IMG/VR virus record: IMGVR_UViG_3300025121_000056
Span: 1 to 63,479 of that record
Direction: 5' to 3' (one strand)
From: a virus
Lineage: Duplodnaviria > Caudoviricetes
DNA: 63,479 nucleotides
Below are positions 47,590-57,243 of this stretch, in pieces. A model generated the notes under the pieces. That model did no database searches. It saw only the letters and a program-made list of their open reading frames with translations, and was not told the origin of the DNA. A program made the translations under genes and the position numbers. Numbering within the stretch: the first letter of the stretch is position 1; each line of letters begins with the position of its first letter.

Positions 47590-48660
47590 ATGATTGATAA
47601 TAAAACATTGCAGGAATATCTGGACAACAAATTAATTACGAAACAAAAACATCCTTCTTTAGACCTATTTATTTACAACTATACACCAGAATGTGTTTTC
47701 TCTAAGAAGTGGGATAAGGTCACAAAAACTTGTAGGGGCTTAATTTTAGATATTAACAATGAAATTGTTGCACGACCATTTGAAAAGTTTTTTAACTATG
47801 GAGAGATTGAAGAATCTTTGCCTAATAGAACGCCTAAGATTTATAAAAAACTTGATGGTAGTTTAATTATTGTAACTTGGTATAATAACGATTTGATTGT
47901 TTCAACAAGAGGAAGTTTTGTTTCGGAACAATCACAAATTGCAAGAAAAATTTTATTAGCAAATTACCCGCTAATAGAAAAAATTAAATCTGATGAAGGA
48001 TTCACTTATTTATTTGAATATACAAGTCCATCCAATAGAATTGTAATTTTATATCCCGAAGAAAGATTAACACTTTTAGCCGTTATTATAAATTGGGATG
48101 GTAGAGAATGTAATCTCGATTATTGGAGATCGTTTGATTTTATCAAAGTAGTTGACGAATATAAAGCGGAATGGAGTGAGGACACAATCCAACAGTTGCT
48201 TGATCTTAACCTGAATAACGAAGAAGGATTTGTTCTGAGATGGGACAATAATTTTAGGGTTAAAGTGAAGTTTGCTGAGTATTTTAGATTGCACAAATTG
48301 ATAACAGGACTTAACGAAAAAACTATTTGGGAATTTCTAAGAGACGGCAAAGATGAAGATGAATTAATAAAACAAGTACCGGAAGAATTTGAAAAATGGG
48401 TTCAGGGAATTGCAGATAATTTATATGGCAATTATAATAAGATTTTTGATGAATGCTTAAATATTCTTAATGAAAATATGTTAAGAGAATTATCACGGAA
48501 AGACGCTGCCATAATAATTATCGAGAAAGCAAAACAATATCAATCTATTTTATTCCCCATGTTAGACGGTAAAGAACGACTTATAACTGAAAATATTTGG
48601 AAACTCATAAAACCAAAATCAAACAAATATTTCAAAGAAATAATCGTAGAGGATATATGA
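47590..48660 (+). CDS. T4 Rnl1-like RNA ligase
   Basis: 'CRGLILD', 'RPFEKFFN', motif I KLDGS, 'TRGSF', 'TYLFE', motif IV EEGFV, motif V RVKVK. Confidence 0.9.
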   Translation: MIDNKTLQEYLDNKLITKQKHPSLDLFIYNYTPECVFSKKWDKVTKTCRGLILDINNEIVARPFEKFFNYGEIEESLPNRTPKIYKKLDGSLIIVTWYNNDLIVSTRGSFVSEQSQIARKILLANYPLIEKIKSDEGFTYLFEYTSPSNRIVILYPEERLTLLAVIINWDGRECNLDYWRSFDFIKVVDEYKAEWSEDTIQQLLDLNLNNEEGFVLRWDNNFRVKVKFAEYFRLHKLITGLNEKTIWEFLRDGKDEDELIKQVPEEFEKWVQGIADNLYGNYNKIFDECLNILNENMLRELSRKDAAIIIIEKAKQYQSILFPMLDGKERLITENIWKLIKPKSNKYFKEIIVEDI

Positions 48661-49286
48661 AAGTTTTATTTCTTAAAGGGTTGCCCGGAAGTGGTAAAAC
48701 AACATGGGCAAGAGAATTCTGCTCACAAAACAAAGATTGGGTTCGTGTGAATAGATTTGATTGTGATTTGGATGAGTGTATCAAAAGAGATTTGAGACGT
48801 TCCAATTCTGTTGGCAAAGATGTTATTCTGAAAATGTATAATGATTATCTAAAACCGAAAGTAGAGCAATATTGTCCTAAACTGGAACTGCAAAATTGTA
48901 TTATCTGTGATCTTGACGGGACGCTTGCCTTGTTCGGGGATAAAAATCCTTATGAAAGAGATTTTGAAAACGATATTCTTAATAAAACGGTCGCTTTGAT
49001 TTTACAGAATTTAACCGACAATCTAATTATTTTATCTGGTCGGTCTGATAAATTCCAAATTGTTACAGAAGAATGGTTGGCGAAAAATGATGTTTTTTAT
49101 AGAAAGTTGTATATGAGAAAAGAAGGTGATGTTAGGAGAGATTGTGTTGTTAAGAAAGAAATGTTTGATTTTTTTATTAAAAATAGATATAGCCCTATCC
49201 TAATTTTAGACGACAGAAATCAAGTTGTGGAACTTTGGCGATCAATGGGATTAACGTGTTTTCAGGTTGCAGATGGGAACTTTTAG
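48657..49286 (+). CDS. pseT: T4 PseT-like polynucleotide kinase/3'-phosphatase with internal deletion in the kinase domain
   Basis: P-loop GLPGSGKTT; 'VRVNR' joins directly to 'FDCDLDECIKRD'; intact HAD motifs DLDGT, SGR, DDRNQVV. Confidence 0.85.
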   Translation: MKVLFLKGLPGSGKTTWAREFCSQNKDWVRVNRFDCDLDECIKRDLRRSNSVGKDVILKMYNDYLKPKVEQYCPKLELQNCIICDLDGTLALFGDKNPYERDFENDILNKTVALILQNLTDNLIILSGRSDKFQIVTEEWLAKNDVFYRKLYMRKEGDVRRDCVVKKEMFDFFIKNRYSPILILDDRNQVVELWRSMGLTCFQVADGNF

Positions 49287-49322
49287 AATGCCATTAAAAG
49301 AAAAGCTTATAGGCACAAACTA

Positions 49323-50093
49323 ATGGCAAGAAAACAAAAAATGGTAGTAGATTACTTCCCTCATTATGTCAATGACGGTAAAACTATTTTCATTCTTGAA
49401 TCGAAATTTGGCAACGATGGATATTCTTTTTGGTTTAAGTTATTAGAAATACTTGGTAAATCTCCCAAACATTTTTTTGATTGTAGAGACACTTACAACT
49501 TTAATTTCTTGTTAGCTAAGACCAGAGTTATAGAAGAAAAAGCAATAGAAATTTTAGATTTATTGGCGGGGTTAAATGCGATTGATCCTGATTTATGGAA
49601 AGAGAAAATCTTATATAGTGAAAATTTTATTGGTAATTTAGACACTGTTTATAACCGTAGAGACACCCAACCAGCGACCAAAAAAGAGATTAATGATAAC
49701 ATAAATGACTTGTCAAAGATATTAATGTCAACAGAAATACCACAAAACGAAGATAATGTTAGCAAAAGTACACAAAGGAAAGGAAAGGAAAGTAGAGTAA
49801 AGGAAATTATTATACCGGAAACATTAAAAAGTATTTCTAATTTTATCCAGACATGGAATGAGTGGACAGAATACAGAAAAGAGAAAAGAAAAACACTAAC
49901 CCCTAAGAGCATAAAATTACAATTTAAGTTTTTACAAAAACAAACAGATCCAATCGCAACCATTAATCAATCAATCCAAAATGGTTGGGAGGGATTATTC
50001 GAGGTAAAAAATGGAAAACAAAAATCTCCCGGTGCAACAGACGACTACCTTGCAAAACAATCAGCAGAACGATTACTTAGAAAAGGTTTCTAA
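49323..50093 (+). CDS. Phage replication initiator (DUF4373-like N-terminus)
   Basis: 'DYFPH...LESKFGNDGY...KLLE', 'STQRKGKESRVKE', 'WNEWTEYRKEK...INQSIQNGWEGLF'. Confidence 0.8.
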   Translation: MARKQKMVVDYFPHYVNDGKTIFILESKFGNDGYSFWFKLLEILGKSPKHFFDCRDTYNFNFLLAKTRVIEEKAIEILDLLAGLNAIDPDLWKEKILYSENFIGNLDTVYNRRDTQPATKKEINDNINDLSKILMSTEIPQNEDNVSKSTQRKGKESRVKEIIIPETLKSISNFIQTWNEWTEYRKEKRKTLTPKSIKLQFKFLQKQTDPIATINQSIQNGWEGLFEVKNGKQKSPGATDDYLAKQSAERLLRKGF

Positions 50094-50724
50094 TAAACTA
50101 AGTATTTACGGCAAGGGTGAAGTTACAACCGAGTGTTTAGCGAAAGGTAAGAAAATAATAAAAGCATCCAAACCCGAACTGCCTAATGGATGGTATGATG
50201 TTCTTGATTATATGATTGAGGAAAATGGATTTACTGATCAAAGATTTATAGATGCTGTTGAAGTAATGATAACAACTTGCGTATATCCTAAACCCTCTCA
50301 TGCGGATATTTTGAGTTACGATAAATTCATTGATGCTTATACTTGGGAAGAACTGCTTGACAACGTAAGGAATGCCTCGCCGGAATATCGCGGAAAATAT
50401 TTACAGAGCTTTGTAAGAATAATTCATTATGGTGAAGAACGATGGTGTAAGAGGGAAGATGCAACCAAGTATAAATTAGAACTTTGGAAACCGCCAATAA
50501 GACTTGCAACAAAAGAAGAACTAAACCCATCGGAAGAAATAGAGAGTGGAGAGACAGAAAATTTATCATTATCTGATTTGGTAAAGTCTATGAAACAACC
50601 CCCAGATTTTAATAATCTCGGAGTTAATAAAAAACTTATCAAGAAATTATCCCTACAAGAAAGAGAAAAACGCAGAAAGAAGTTTGAGGCAATTTTAGAA
50701 ACAAAAAAAGGAGAAATAAAATGA
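50011..50724 (+). CDS. Replication-associated protein (possible helicase loader or inhibitor)
   Basis: Overlaps the initiator 3' end; 'FTDQRFIDAV...YPKPSHADIL'. Confidence 0.5.
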   Translation: MENKNLPVQQTTTLQNNQQNDYLEKVSNKLSIYGKGEVTTECLAKGKKIIKASKPELPNGWYDVLDYMIEENGFTDQRFIDAVEVMITTCVYPKPSHADILSYDKFIDAYTWEELLDNVRNASPEYRGKYLQSFVRIIHYGEERWCKREDATKYKLELWKPPIRLATKEELNPSEEIESGETENLSLSDLVKSMKQPPDFNNLGVNKKLIKKLSLQEREKRRKKFEAILETKKGEIK

Positions 50725-50824
50725 TACTTAGCAAAGAAAAAGGAACGAGAGAGAAAGATGAAGGAATATTACAGAAAAAGTATTTACAGTTGACTGGTAT
50801 GATAAAGCTAATTGAGGGAATAGT

Positions 50825-51124
50825 ATGACCGAAGAACTGAAATGGCAAAAAGAAAAACCGGATTATGCTTGTGTGTTTTTGACAAGGCATAACGGTAATT
50901 ATGAACTATGGCGGTTTAGTTGGGAACAAGGCGAACCGCCGGAAGATGCAACGGTGGAGGAAGAAGAAACTCGTTTTTATTATTTATCGTGGCAAACCGA
51001 AGACGGAGACGAATGGGACGAAATTAGCGAATGTGATTTTGACGAATATCTTGTCTTGGAAAAATTATCCACAATGACCGAAGTACATCAACAATGGATT
51101 AAATCAATGACGGGTGGGGAATGA
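50825..51124 (+). CDS. Hypothetical protein
   Basis: 99-aa acidic ORF. Confidence 0.5.
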   Translation: MTEELKWQKEKPDYACVFLTRHNGNYELWRFSWEQGEPPEDATVEEEETRFYYLSWQTEDGDEWDEISECDFDEYLVLEKLSTMTEVHQQWIKSMTGGE

Positions 51125-51606
51125 GAAAGAAGAAAACAATATTTTAAGCCAAAGGAGAACAAGAAACGAAAAACAATCGAACTTCACTATACAAAAGAGT
51201 AGGGATAAACTTCCGAAAGTATATTCAACTAAGAGACGTTATAAAGTCTGCCTCCGGTGAACTTATTGCAAAGTGTATTGCTTGTGGTAAGCTGTGGATA
51301 TTAAATACAAGCACAGACTGGAAAAACTTTGTAGCATCTCATTATTGGCTTGCAAATTTATATCAATCAGTAGAGCTCGATGAACAAAATGTAAATGGTG
51401 GATGTGCTCACTGCAACAGAAGACTACACGGAAATTTAGCCAATTATCAAATTCATCTGGTAGAAAAAATAAGTCAAGAGAATTTTGATGAACTCAACAT
51501 AAGAAGAAATCAAACTAAGAAATACAGTTATGACGAACTAGAGGAACTTAACGAAAAATACCTCACAAAGATTCAAGAAGAAAAACAAAGATTAGGGATA
51601 AAGTAA
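51121..51606 (+). pseudogene. ninG: NinG/Rap-like recombination endonuclease with early in-frame stop
   Basis: 'FRKYIQLRD...CIACG...SHYW...DEQNVNGGCAHCNR..HGN'; TAA at 51145-51147 (codon 9). Confidence 0.75.
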
Positions 51607-51735
51607 ATGAAGTTGAAACAATTAGAGGTAGATAAATGAAAAAGATACTATTCGCAATAGCTCTAGCTTATTTAGTAGTACGGTATTATAAAATGCTGAA
51701 TGAGTTGGACAGTTTATTCGATGAAGGGGAAATTT

Positions 51736-52476
51736 ATGAATAAGACAAACATAAATTGGTGTGATTTTTCTTGGAACCCAATAACTGGATGTACTAAGAT
51801 TGCTCAAGGATGCAAGTTTTGTTATGCGGAGAGGATCGCTAATAGATTTTGGAAAGACCGGAAATTCGCAGATGTTCAGTTCCACCCCGAAAGATTAAAC
51901 GATAAAAAATTAAACTCTAAAAAACCAATGCGGATATTTGTTAATTCTATGAGTGATCTATTCCACGAATCATTATCATTTGAAATTATAGAACAAGTCT
52001 ATGATGTGATATTTAATCAACTTATAAATTATCCACAGCACGTTTTTATGATATTAACCAAGAGGACAAAAAGGGCAAAAGAATTTTACGAATGGATGCA
52101 CAAAAAACATAGATCAACTGATTGGGGTAACGTCTGGTTTGGTTTTTCTGCTTCAACACAAAAAGATTTAGATGCTGGAATTGATAATCTGTTAGAAATT
52201 GATGCGATGATAAAGTGGTTAAGCATCGAGCCGATGTTAGAAGAAATTAATTCCAATCCAATAGTAAACTGGATAGTCATAGGATGTGAAGGCGGACATA
52301 ATCGCAGATTTTTTAATAATGAATGGGCAGTTGGTTTAGCTGGCATTTATAGGGCGATGAATATACCCGTTTGGATAAAACAAATCCGAGACGAAAAGAA
52401 CAATGTGATTGAGGATGTAAATTTATTTCCAGAAAGACTTAGAATACGTCAATTACCAACGATAAAAGGATTATAA
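51736..52476 (+). CDS. Phage Gp37/Gp68 (DUF5131) protein
   Basis: 'TNINWCDFSWNPITGCTKIAQGCKFCYA', 'IFVNSMSDLFH', 'LTKR', 'SIEPML'. Confidence 0.9.
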   Translation: MNKTNINWCDFSWNPITGCTKIAQGCKFCYAERIANRFWKDRKFADVQFHPERLNDKKLNSKKPMRIFVNSMSDLFHESLSFEIIEQVYDVIFNQLINYPQHVFMILTKRTKRAKEFYEWMHKKHRSTDWGNVWFGFSASTQKDLDAGIDNLLEIDAMIKWLSIEPMLEEINSNPIVNWIVIGCEGGHNRRFFNNEWAVGLAGIYRAMNIPVWIKQIRDEKNNVIEDVNLFPERLRIRQLPTIKGL

Positions 52477-52477
52477 A

Positions 52478-52843
52478 ATGAGTTGGTCAATAGGATACGA
52501 CAATAATTGGAATAGAGACATAGGTTACGGAGTACCAGCGATTTGTGATTATCCAGGATGTGACAAGAAAATAGATAGAGGGTTATCATACGTTTGCGGG
52601 GGCGATGCTTATGGTGGAGAATGGGGTTGTGGATTATTCTTTTGCAGTGAACATCAGGAATATAGTTCTAAGGGAATAATGTTATGCGAAAAGTGTAATA
52701 AAAACAAAGGACCATTTGAGCCCAAGCCGGATATTGCTGAATGGATTAAACATAAGCTCACCGATGAAAGCTGGAGAGAGTGGCGACTTGAGCATTCAGA
52801 CTGGGTGATAGAAAATCAAAAAATATTTGAGGAATTAAAATGA
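52478..52843 (+). CDS. Cys-rich hypothetical phage protein
   Basis: 'RDIGYGVPAICDYPGC...IDRGLSYVCG...GCGLFFC'. Confidence 0.7.
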   Translation: MSWSIGYDNNWNRDIGYGVPAICDYPGCDKKIDRGLSYVCGGDAYGGEWGCGLFFCSEHQEYSSKGIMLCEKCNKNKGPFEPKPDIAEWIKHKLTDESWREWRLEHSDWVIENQKIFEELK

Positions 52844-53571
52844 AAACACTAATATTTTTATTCTTATTTATAAGTATTGGTTATGCACAAGAATATAATT
52901 TCGGACAGAGACAAGATGGATACTATGTGAAGGACTCTACTAAATGGATTATTACAGACACTCTAAATGTTGGCGACGAAAAATGTAATCACGATTGGGA
53001 AGAGGGAGAATTTTCAACGGCTGGTGCTGGGCGTGGTTGTTTAGTATATCACAATGGGGGTCATTGTAGCTATGATGATAAAGTCAAGAGTAGAATTTGT
53101 AAAAAATGTTTACGAAAAGAAAAACTGAGAGAAGAATATTATGAACACTTTCAAACAAATCCAGAAACAGAGTTTGAGAGGTTAGAGAAAAAAATAAATC
53201 CACCCAAACAAATAGAAGCAGTTATTAACCCGGTTACTTATAAAGCTATAGGCACAGCTAATCTTTTCCCAATATGGGAAGGTAAACCCGTAACGAATAT
53301 TCTTAAGATGAATAAGACTTGGCAACAAGAATTTATTGATCTCTGGAAAGAATATAAGAGAGAGTGCTATGCGGATTCAACTTTAGATAAATATAAAACA
53401 GCCCTTACACGAGAAGTTGACACAGCAAAAACAAATAAATACATCAGAGAAAATCCAAACGAAAAATTCTATGGATTCTTTATGAAAGAAGAAAAGATTT
53501 ATTCACACAAAGAAGCTAAACTTGACAACGACTTTATGGAATGGCTTGAAAAAAGATTAGGAGATAAATAA
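52840..53571 (+). CDS. Secreted Cys-rich protein, paralog of 32705
   Basis: GYA-Q leader and shared LNVGDEKC.H.W domain. Confidence 0.65.
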   Translation: MKTLIFLFLFISIGYAQEYNFGQRQDGYYVKDSTKWIITDTLNVGDEKCNHDWEEGEFSTAGAGRGCLVYHNGGHCSYDDKVKSRICKKCLRKEKLREEYYEHFQTNPETEFERLEKKINPPKQIEAVINPVTYKAIGTANLFPIWEGKPVTNILKMNKTWQQEFIDLWKEYKRECYADSTLDKYKTALTREVDTAKTNKYIRENPNEKFYGFFMKEEKIYSHKEAKLDNDFMEWLEKRLGDK

Positions 53572-53572
53572 G

Positions 53573-54259
53573 ATGAAATTAAAAGATTTAATCCAATTGG
53601 GAAATTGTCCTGCTTGGATAAAAGCGGATAACATTAGAGTATCAGGCGAAGATATTGAATTAATAAACGGCAGCGTGACTTGGAAGGATGGAACTTGGGA
53701 GAATGGAATTTGGGAGAATGGAACTTGGAAGTATGGAATTTGGGAGAATGGAACTTGGAAGTATGGAACTTGGAAGGATGGAATTTGGGAGAATGGAATT
53801 TGGGAGAATGGAACTTGGGAGAATGGAACTTGGAAGGATGGAACTTGGAAGGATGGAATTTGGGAGAATGGAACTTGGAAGTATGGAACTTGGAAGTATG
53901 GAACTTGGAAGTATGGAACTTGGAAGTATGGAACTTGGAAGTATGGAACTTGGGAGAATGGAATTTGGGAGAATGGAATTTGGGAGAATGGAATTTGGGA
54001 GAATGGAACTTGGAAGGATGGAACTTGGGAGAATGGAACTTGTGTCACTGGTAAATGTAAGTGGAGAGTTTTTTATAATCCAACTACAAAAATAATCAAT
54101 ATTGGATGTAAATCTTTGTTAGTGGATGAATGGGACAACTGGTTTTCTGGAACTGGAGAATTTCAAACAAAAAGAGGGACAAAAGAATTTGAGAATATTT
54201 ATAAATCGTTTCTTATGGCTAAATATGCCATCAAAATTCATAATGAAGAAATAAAATGA
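53573..54259 (+). CDS. W-x-x-G-(T/I) pentapeptide-repeat protein
   Basis: Unique N- and C-termini flank about 24 repeats. Confidence 0.8.
   Translation: MKLKDLIQLGNCPAWIKADNIRVSGEDIELINGSVTWKDGTWENGIWENGTWKYGIWENGTWKYGTWKDGIWENGIWENGTWENGTWKDGTWKDGIWENGTWKYGTWKYGTWKYGTWKYGTWKYGTWENGIWENGIWENGIWENGTWKDGTWENGTCVTGKCKWRVFYNPTTKIINIGCKSLLVDEWDNWFSGTGEFQTKRGTKEFENIYKSFLMAKYAIKIHNEEIK
53681..54040 (+). repeat. 15-bp tandem repeat, ~24 units
   Basis: TGG(AAG/GAG)(GAT/AAT/TAT)GGAA(C/T)T units. Confidence 0.95.
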
Positions 54260-54656
54260 AAAAATATGTTGTTTATGATTATCCGGCATTACATAATACA
54301 GATGATGGGCATGTAATGTCTGTCGAAGATACCTTAGATGCAGCGATTAAGGAAGCTGAGGACAGTTTTGGAGGCGTAATATACAGTTATGATGTTGATG
54401 GAGAAAATCTAATTAATGAAAAGTTTGAAAAATCAGTATTAGTAAAAGACATATAGAGGAGAAATAAGATGAGCCGACCAGATTTTCCTAAACCATACAC
54501 AATATTAACGCCTTCTATGATTTCGAGAATTAGAAGTGGACAAGACGCTTACGATAAAAACCCTAAAGAGTATGAACGCAAACAGCGAGAATATGAGGAA
54601 GGAAGACAGCAAGAACAACAGAGAGAACGTGAAGAATATCAGAAAGGAGAACATCA

Positions 54657-54980
54657 ATGAAAGAGATAGAAGAAATGATTGAGAAGAAAAAAACAGAATT
54701 TGAAATGCTTCTCGAAAATCTTGAATATGTAGTTTTTGAAGACAAAGTATTTTTAAGCGCATCATCTAAAAGAAGTCTTGGTCTAACATTTTCTTCCTCC
54801 ATTCAAGAAGTATACAAGAAAGGGATTAACGATGCGATTAGTATATGTGATAAACGCACCGAAGAAATAAATGTGTTTTTGAAAACTGTTAGATATGATG
54901 AAACCTATCCGAAAATAAGACTTGATGAATTAGACTTTACTAAGCAACAGTTAAAACAACTAACAACAGAGGCGAAGTGA
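54657..54980 (+). CDS. Hypothetical protein
   Basis: AGGAG RBS; lies in a run of small coupled ORFs (54256-56715). Confidence 0.5.
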   Translation: MKEIEEMIEKKKTEFEMLLENLEYVVFEDKVFLSASSKRSLGLTFSSSIQEVYKKGINDAISICDKRTEEINVFLKTVRYDETYPKIRLDELDFTKQQLKQLTTEAK

Positions 54981-55247
54981 TATTGATTTTTATGAAGCAC
55001 AGATATACAGGGCAAAACAAGAACACTTGAATGGTTTTGATGAAGAAAAATTTAATATTAAGCGAGGTAAGTAATGAACATTAGTGATTGGATTATATTA
55101 GGTTGTATGTGGTTATTAATACCTATAACTTTGTTTATAAAATACAAACAAAACGAAAGATTCAAAAGATACCGAGCAGAAGACCAAAAACTATTTGCAG
55201 AATTTGTCAAAGGATTACTGGCTAAGAAACCAGAGGAGAAATAGAAT

Positions 55248-55541
55248 ATGAATATAGACGGCTATCCGGCAGAGGAAGAATTAACAGAAATAAGAAATTA
55301 TGATTGCGTTACAGACGTTAAAGGATTTATTGAGTTATTAGAATCAGTGTGGAATAATGATTACGGAACATTTGAGCTAAAAGGTAAAACATTAAAATTA
55401 GTTACTGGTGGATGGAGTGGTAACGAAGATATATTAAGTGCCATCCCACAGATTTTCGATATGGCATATTGGTATTCATCAAAAAGGGGCGGGCTACATA
55501 TTTATAAATTTGGCAATATTAAATTAAAGAGTAAACCATGA
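55248..55541 (+). CDS. Hypothetical phage protein
   Basis: 'DGYP.EEEL...TGGWSGNEDIL...SKRGGLHIY'. Confidence 0.7.
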   Translation: MNIDGYPAEEELTEIRNYDCVTDVKGFIELLESVWNNDYGTFELKGKTLKLVTGGWSGNEDILSAIPQIFDMAYWYSSKRGGLHIYKFGNIKLKSKP

Positions 55542-56066
55542 ACAACACAGAAGAAAAGTTAAAAGAGAAAAGTTATGTGGCAGTCCAACTACTTGATGAA
55601 GATGATATAGAGGTTATCAATTTACCTGATGCTCTTGAAATATTAAAAGACCTATACACCAAAGAGGAAGTGAGAGAACTGTTAAAAATACAACGGCAAA
55701 GTTGTGCAACCGAATATTTTTATAATCCCAAAAGTTATCCAGCTAAAACCTTTGAAGACGCAATGAATATAATTACTTCTGCACCACAACCAATATTAAA
55801 AGGAGAGAGTAAATGAAAGCGATAAAAGATTGTAAGTGCGAAGTGAGAATTGATGATAAGAGTAAATATGGAGCGAACAAACCTTTTTCTTGGGTTGTAT
55901 ATGTTTCTAAGAACAAAAACCAAAACCAATTATATTTTCAATCCTTCGATGATTTTAAGACTTTGAAAGGAGTCAAGAAAAACTGGGAAACCTTCGCAAA
56001 ACTAAATGGGATTAAAAACTGGAAGTATGTATGAAACATCTCTTAATCTTATAAGGAAAGAAGCTA

Positions 56067-56324
56067 ATGCACAAATGCACACAGAACGATTTAATAATCG
56101 CCAAAGAAATGCTTTCTGGTAAAACAACAATGGAGGATATTGGCGAAAAATATGGGAGGAAGTCACCATCCGCGATAAGTCAGATCGCCAAGAGAGTCTA
56201 CTCTATTTTGTTGCCTGGGGAAGAAAGGCTGAAATGGTTAAGTACAAAAGCCATTGCCATTGAGTTCAAAGAAGTGCTGCTTGTGAAGATAGAAGAAAGG
56301 TTAGGACAGAATAAAAATATCTGA
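56067..56324 (+). CDS. HTH DNA-binding protein
   Basis: 'TMEDIGEKYGRKSPSAISQIAKR'. Confidence 0.6.
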   Translation: MHKCTQNDLIIAKEMLSGKTTMEDIGEKYGRKSPSAISQIAKRVYSILLPGEERLKWLSTKAIAIEFKEVLLVKIEERLGQNKNI

Positions 56325-56846
56325 TTACTTTATTAAAAAAGCAGAGGAAGATTTAGAGAACCGCAAAAGAGAAAGAATCAATGGAAGACAAAAGTAATTT
56401 ATTCTACAAAATAACATTTGCCGGATTATTTATAGCGGTTATTGTTATTCTCTCTTTTGGGGAAAAACTAAAGGAGAAGTTATGAACAATCAAGTAGCGA
56501 AGCCGTTTAGAATGGTACTAAACACACAAACGATTAAAGAATTAGTGAGTGAATTAGCTTCTGAGGGTGTACGTCCGGCACATTTTAAGGTTGAGACAAA
56601 AGAAATCATTGATGAAAATAACGCTGTGGTAGAAAGAATGAAAGATCACAACAAGCGAACATTAGACAAAATCAAATCTGTTGATCTTAATGAAGAGCGA
56701 TATGATGCCGGATAAATTTAAGCGGGCAAATAAGAAATAGGCACTCTTAGATTAGTACCCGCTAAAACTAAATAACTAAATAAAAAACAAACTGAGGAAA
56801 ATCTTATTGAGAAAAACAAAAGAGTAGTTTTATCATTAAACACTAT

Positions 56847-56885
56847 AAGAGGGAGAGTTTGTTGAAGGGCTCTTCCTCTTTTTTA
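56847..56885 (+). terminator. Intrinsic terminator
   Basis: AAGAGGGAGAGTTT...GGGCTCTTCCTCTT then a T run. Confidence 0.7.
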
Positions 56886-56897
56886 TTGTTAATGGAC

Positions 56898-56926
56898 TTG
56901 CGTCTTTATATTATTATAATTATTAT
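56898..56926 (+). promoter_or_regulatory. Sigma70-like promoter for the Y RNA / Ro60 unit
   Basis: TTGCGT-17 nt-TATTAT. Confidence 0.55.
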
Positions 56927-56952
56927 TACAACAGTTATTTGATAGAATGTTT

Positions 56953-57063
56953 TTCGAGTGGCTTTGTGTCGTTGGTTCAAGTCCAACCTTTATACGAAAG
57001 TATATAGTAGCTCAGTTGGTAGAGCAAAAGTCAAAAAAGAGTCTTTTCGTTTGTTCCCTCGAA
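56953..57063 (+). ncRNA. YrlA-like Y RNA with permuted tRNA-like domain
   Basis: Terminal stem TTCGAG/CTCGAA; T arm GTTGG-TTCAAGT-CCAAC, then a GAAA-capped acceptor-like stem, then D arm GCTC-AGTTGGTA-GAGC; upstream of Ro60. Confidence 0.85.
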
Positions 57064-57071
57064 TATAAATT

Positions 57072-57138
57072 TGGAGATGGCGAAGTTTACAGATACTCCA
57101 ATCGGTGAAAATAATCTGTTGACGTTTATTCCTCTCCA
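57072..57138 (+). ncRNA. Short Y-RNA-like hairpin 2
   Basis: TGGAGA/TCTCCA stem, TGGCGAAG...CGTTTATTCC, inner ACAGAT/ATCTGT, GGTGAAAATA. Confidence 0.7.
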
Positions 57139-57151
57139 TTAAAATTTAATT

Positions 57152-57212
57152 TGGGCTGGTGAAGATTAGAGTTACTTCTTGGTGAAAATACTCTTATCGC
57201 TTGTTCCGCCCA
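57152..57212 (+). ncRNA. Short Y-RNA-like hairpin 3
   Basis: TGGGC/GCCCA stem, TGGTGAAG...CGCTTGTTCC, inner AGAGT/ACTCT, GGTGAAAATA. Confidence 0.7.
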
Positions 57213-57243
57213 TTATTTTATAACTAATCCTAAGGAGAATCTT

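Noticed and set aside
51145-51147. Stop-codon reassignment
   Set aside because: Long genes are intact under the standard code and TAA is the main terminator; this is an isolated case.
53681-54040. CRISPR array, or extra genes in frames 53680, 53688 and minus-strand 53557
   Set aside because: No unique spacers; the alternative ORFs are by-products of the 15-bp repeat.
56971-57025. Canonical tRNA gene
   Set aside because: The T arm precedes the D arm and there is no anticodon loop; it fits a YrlA-type mimic.
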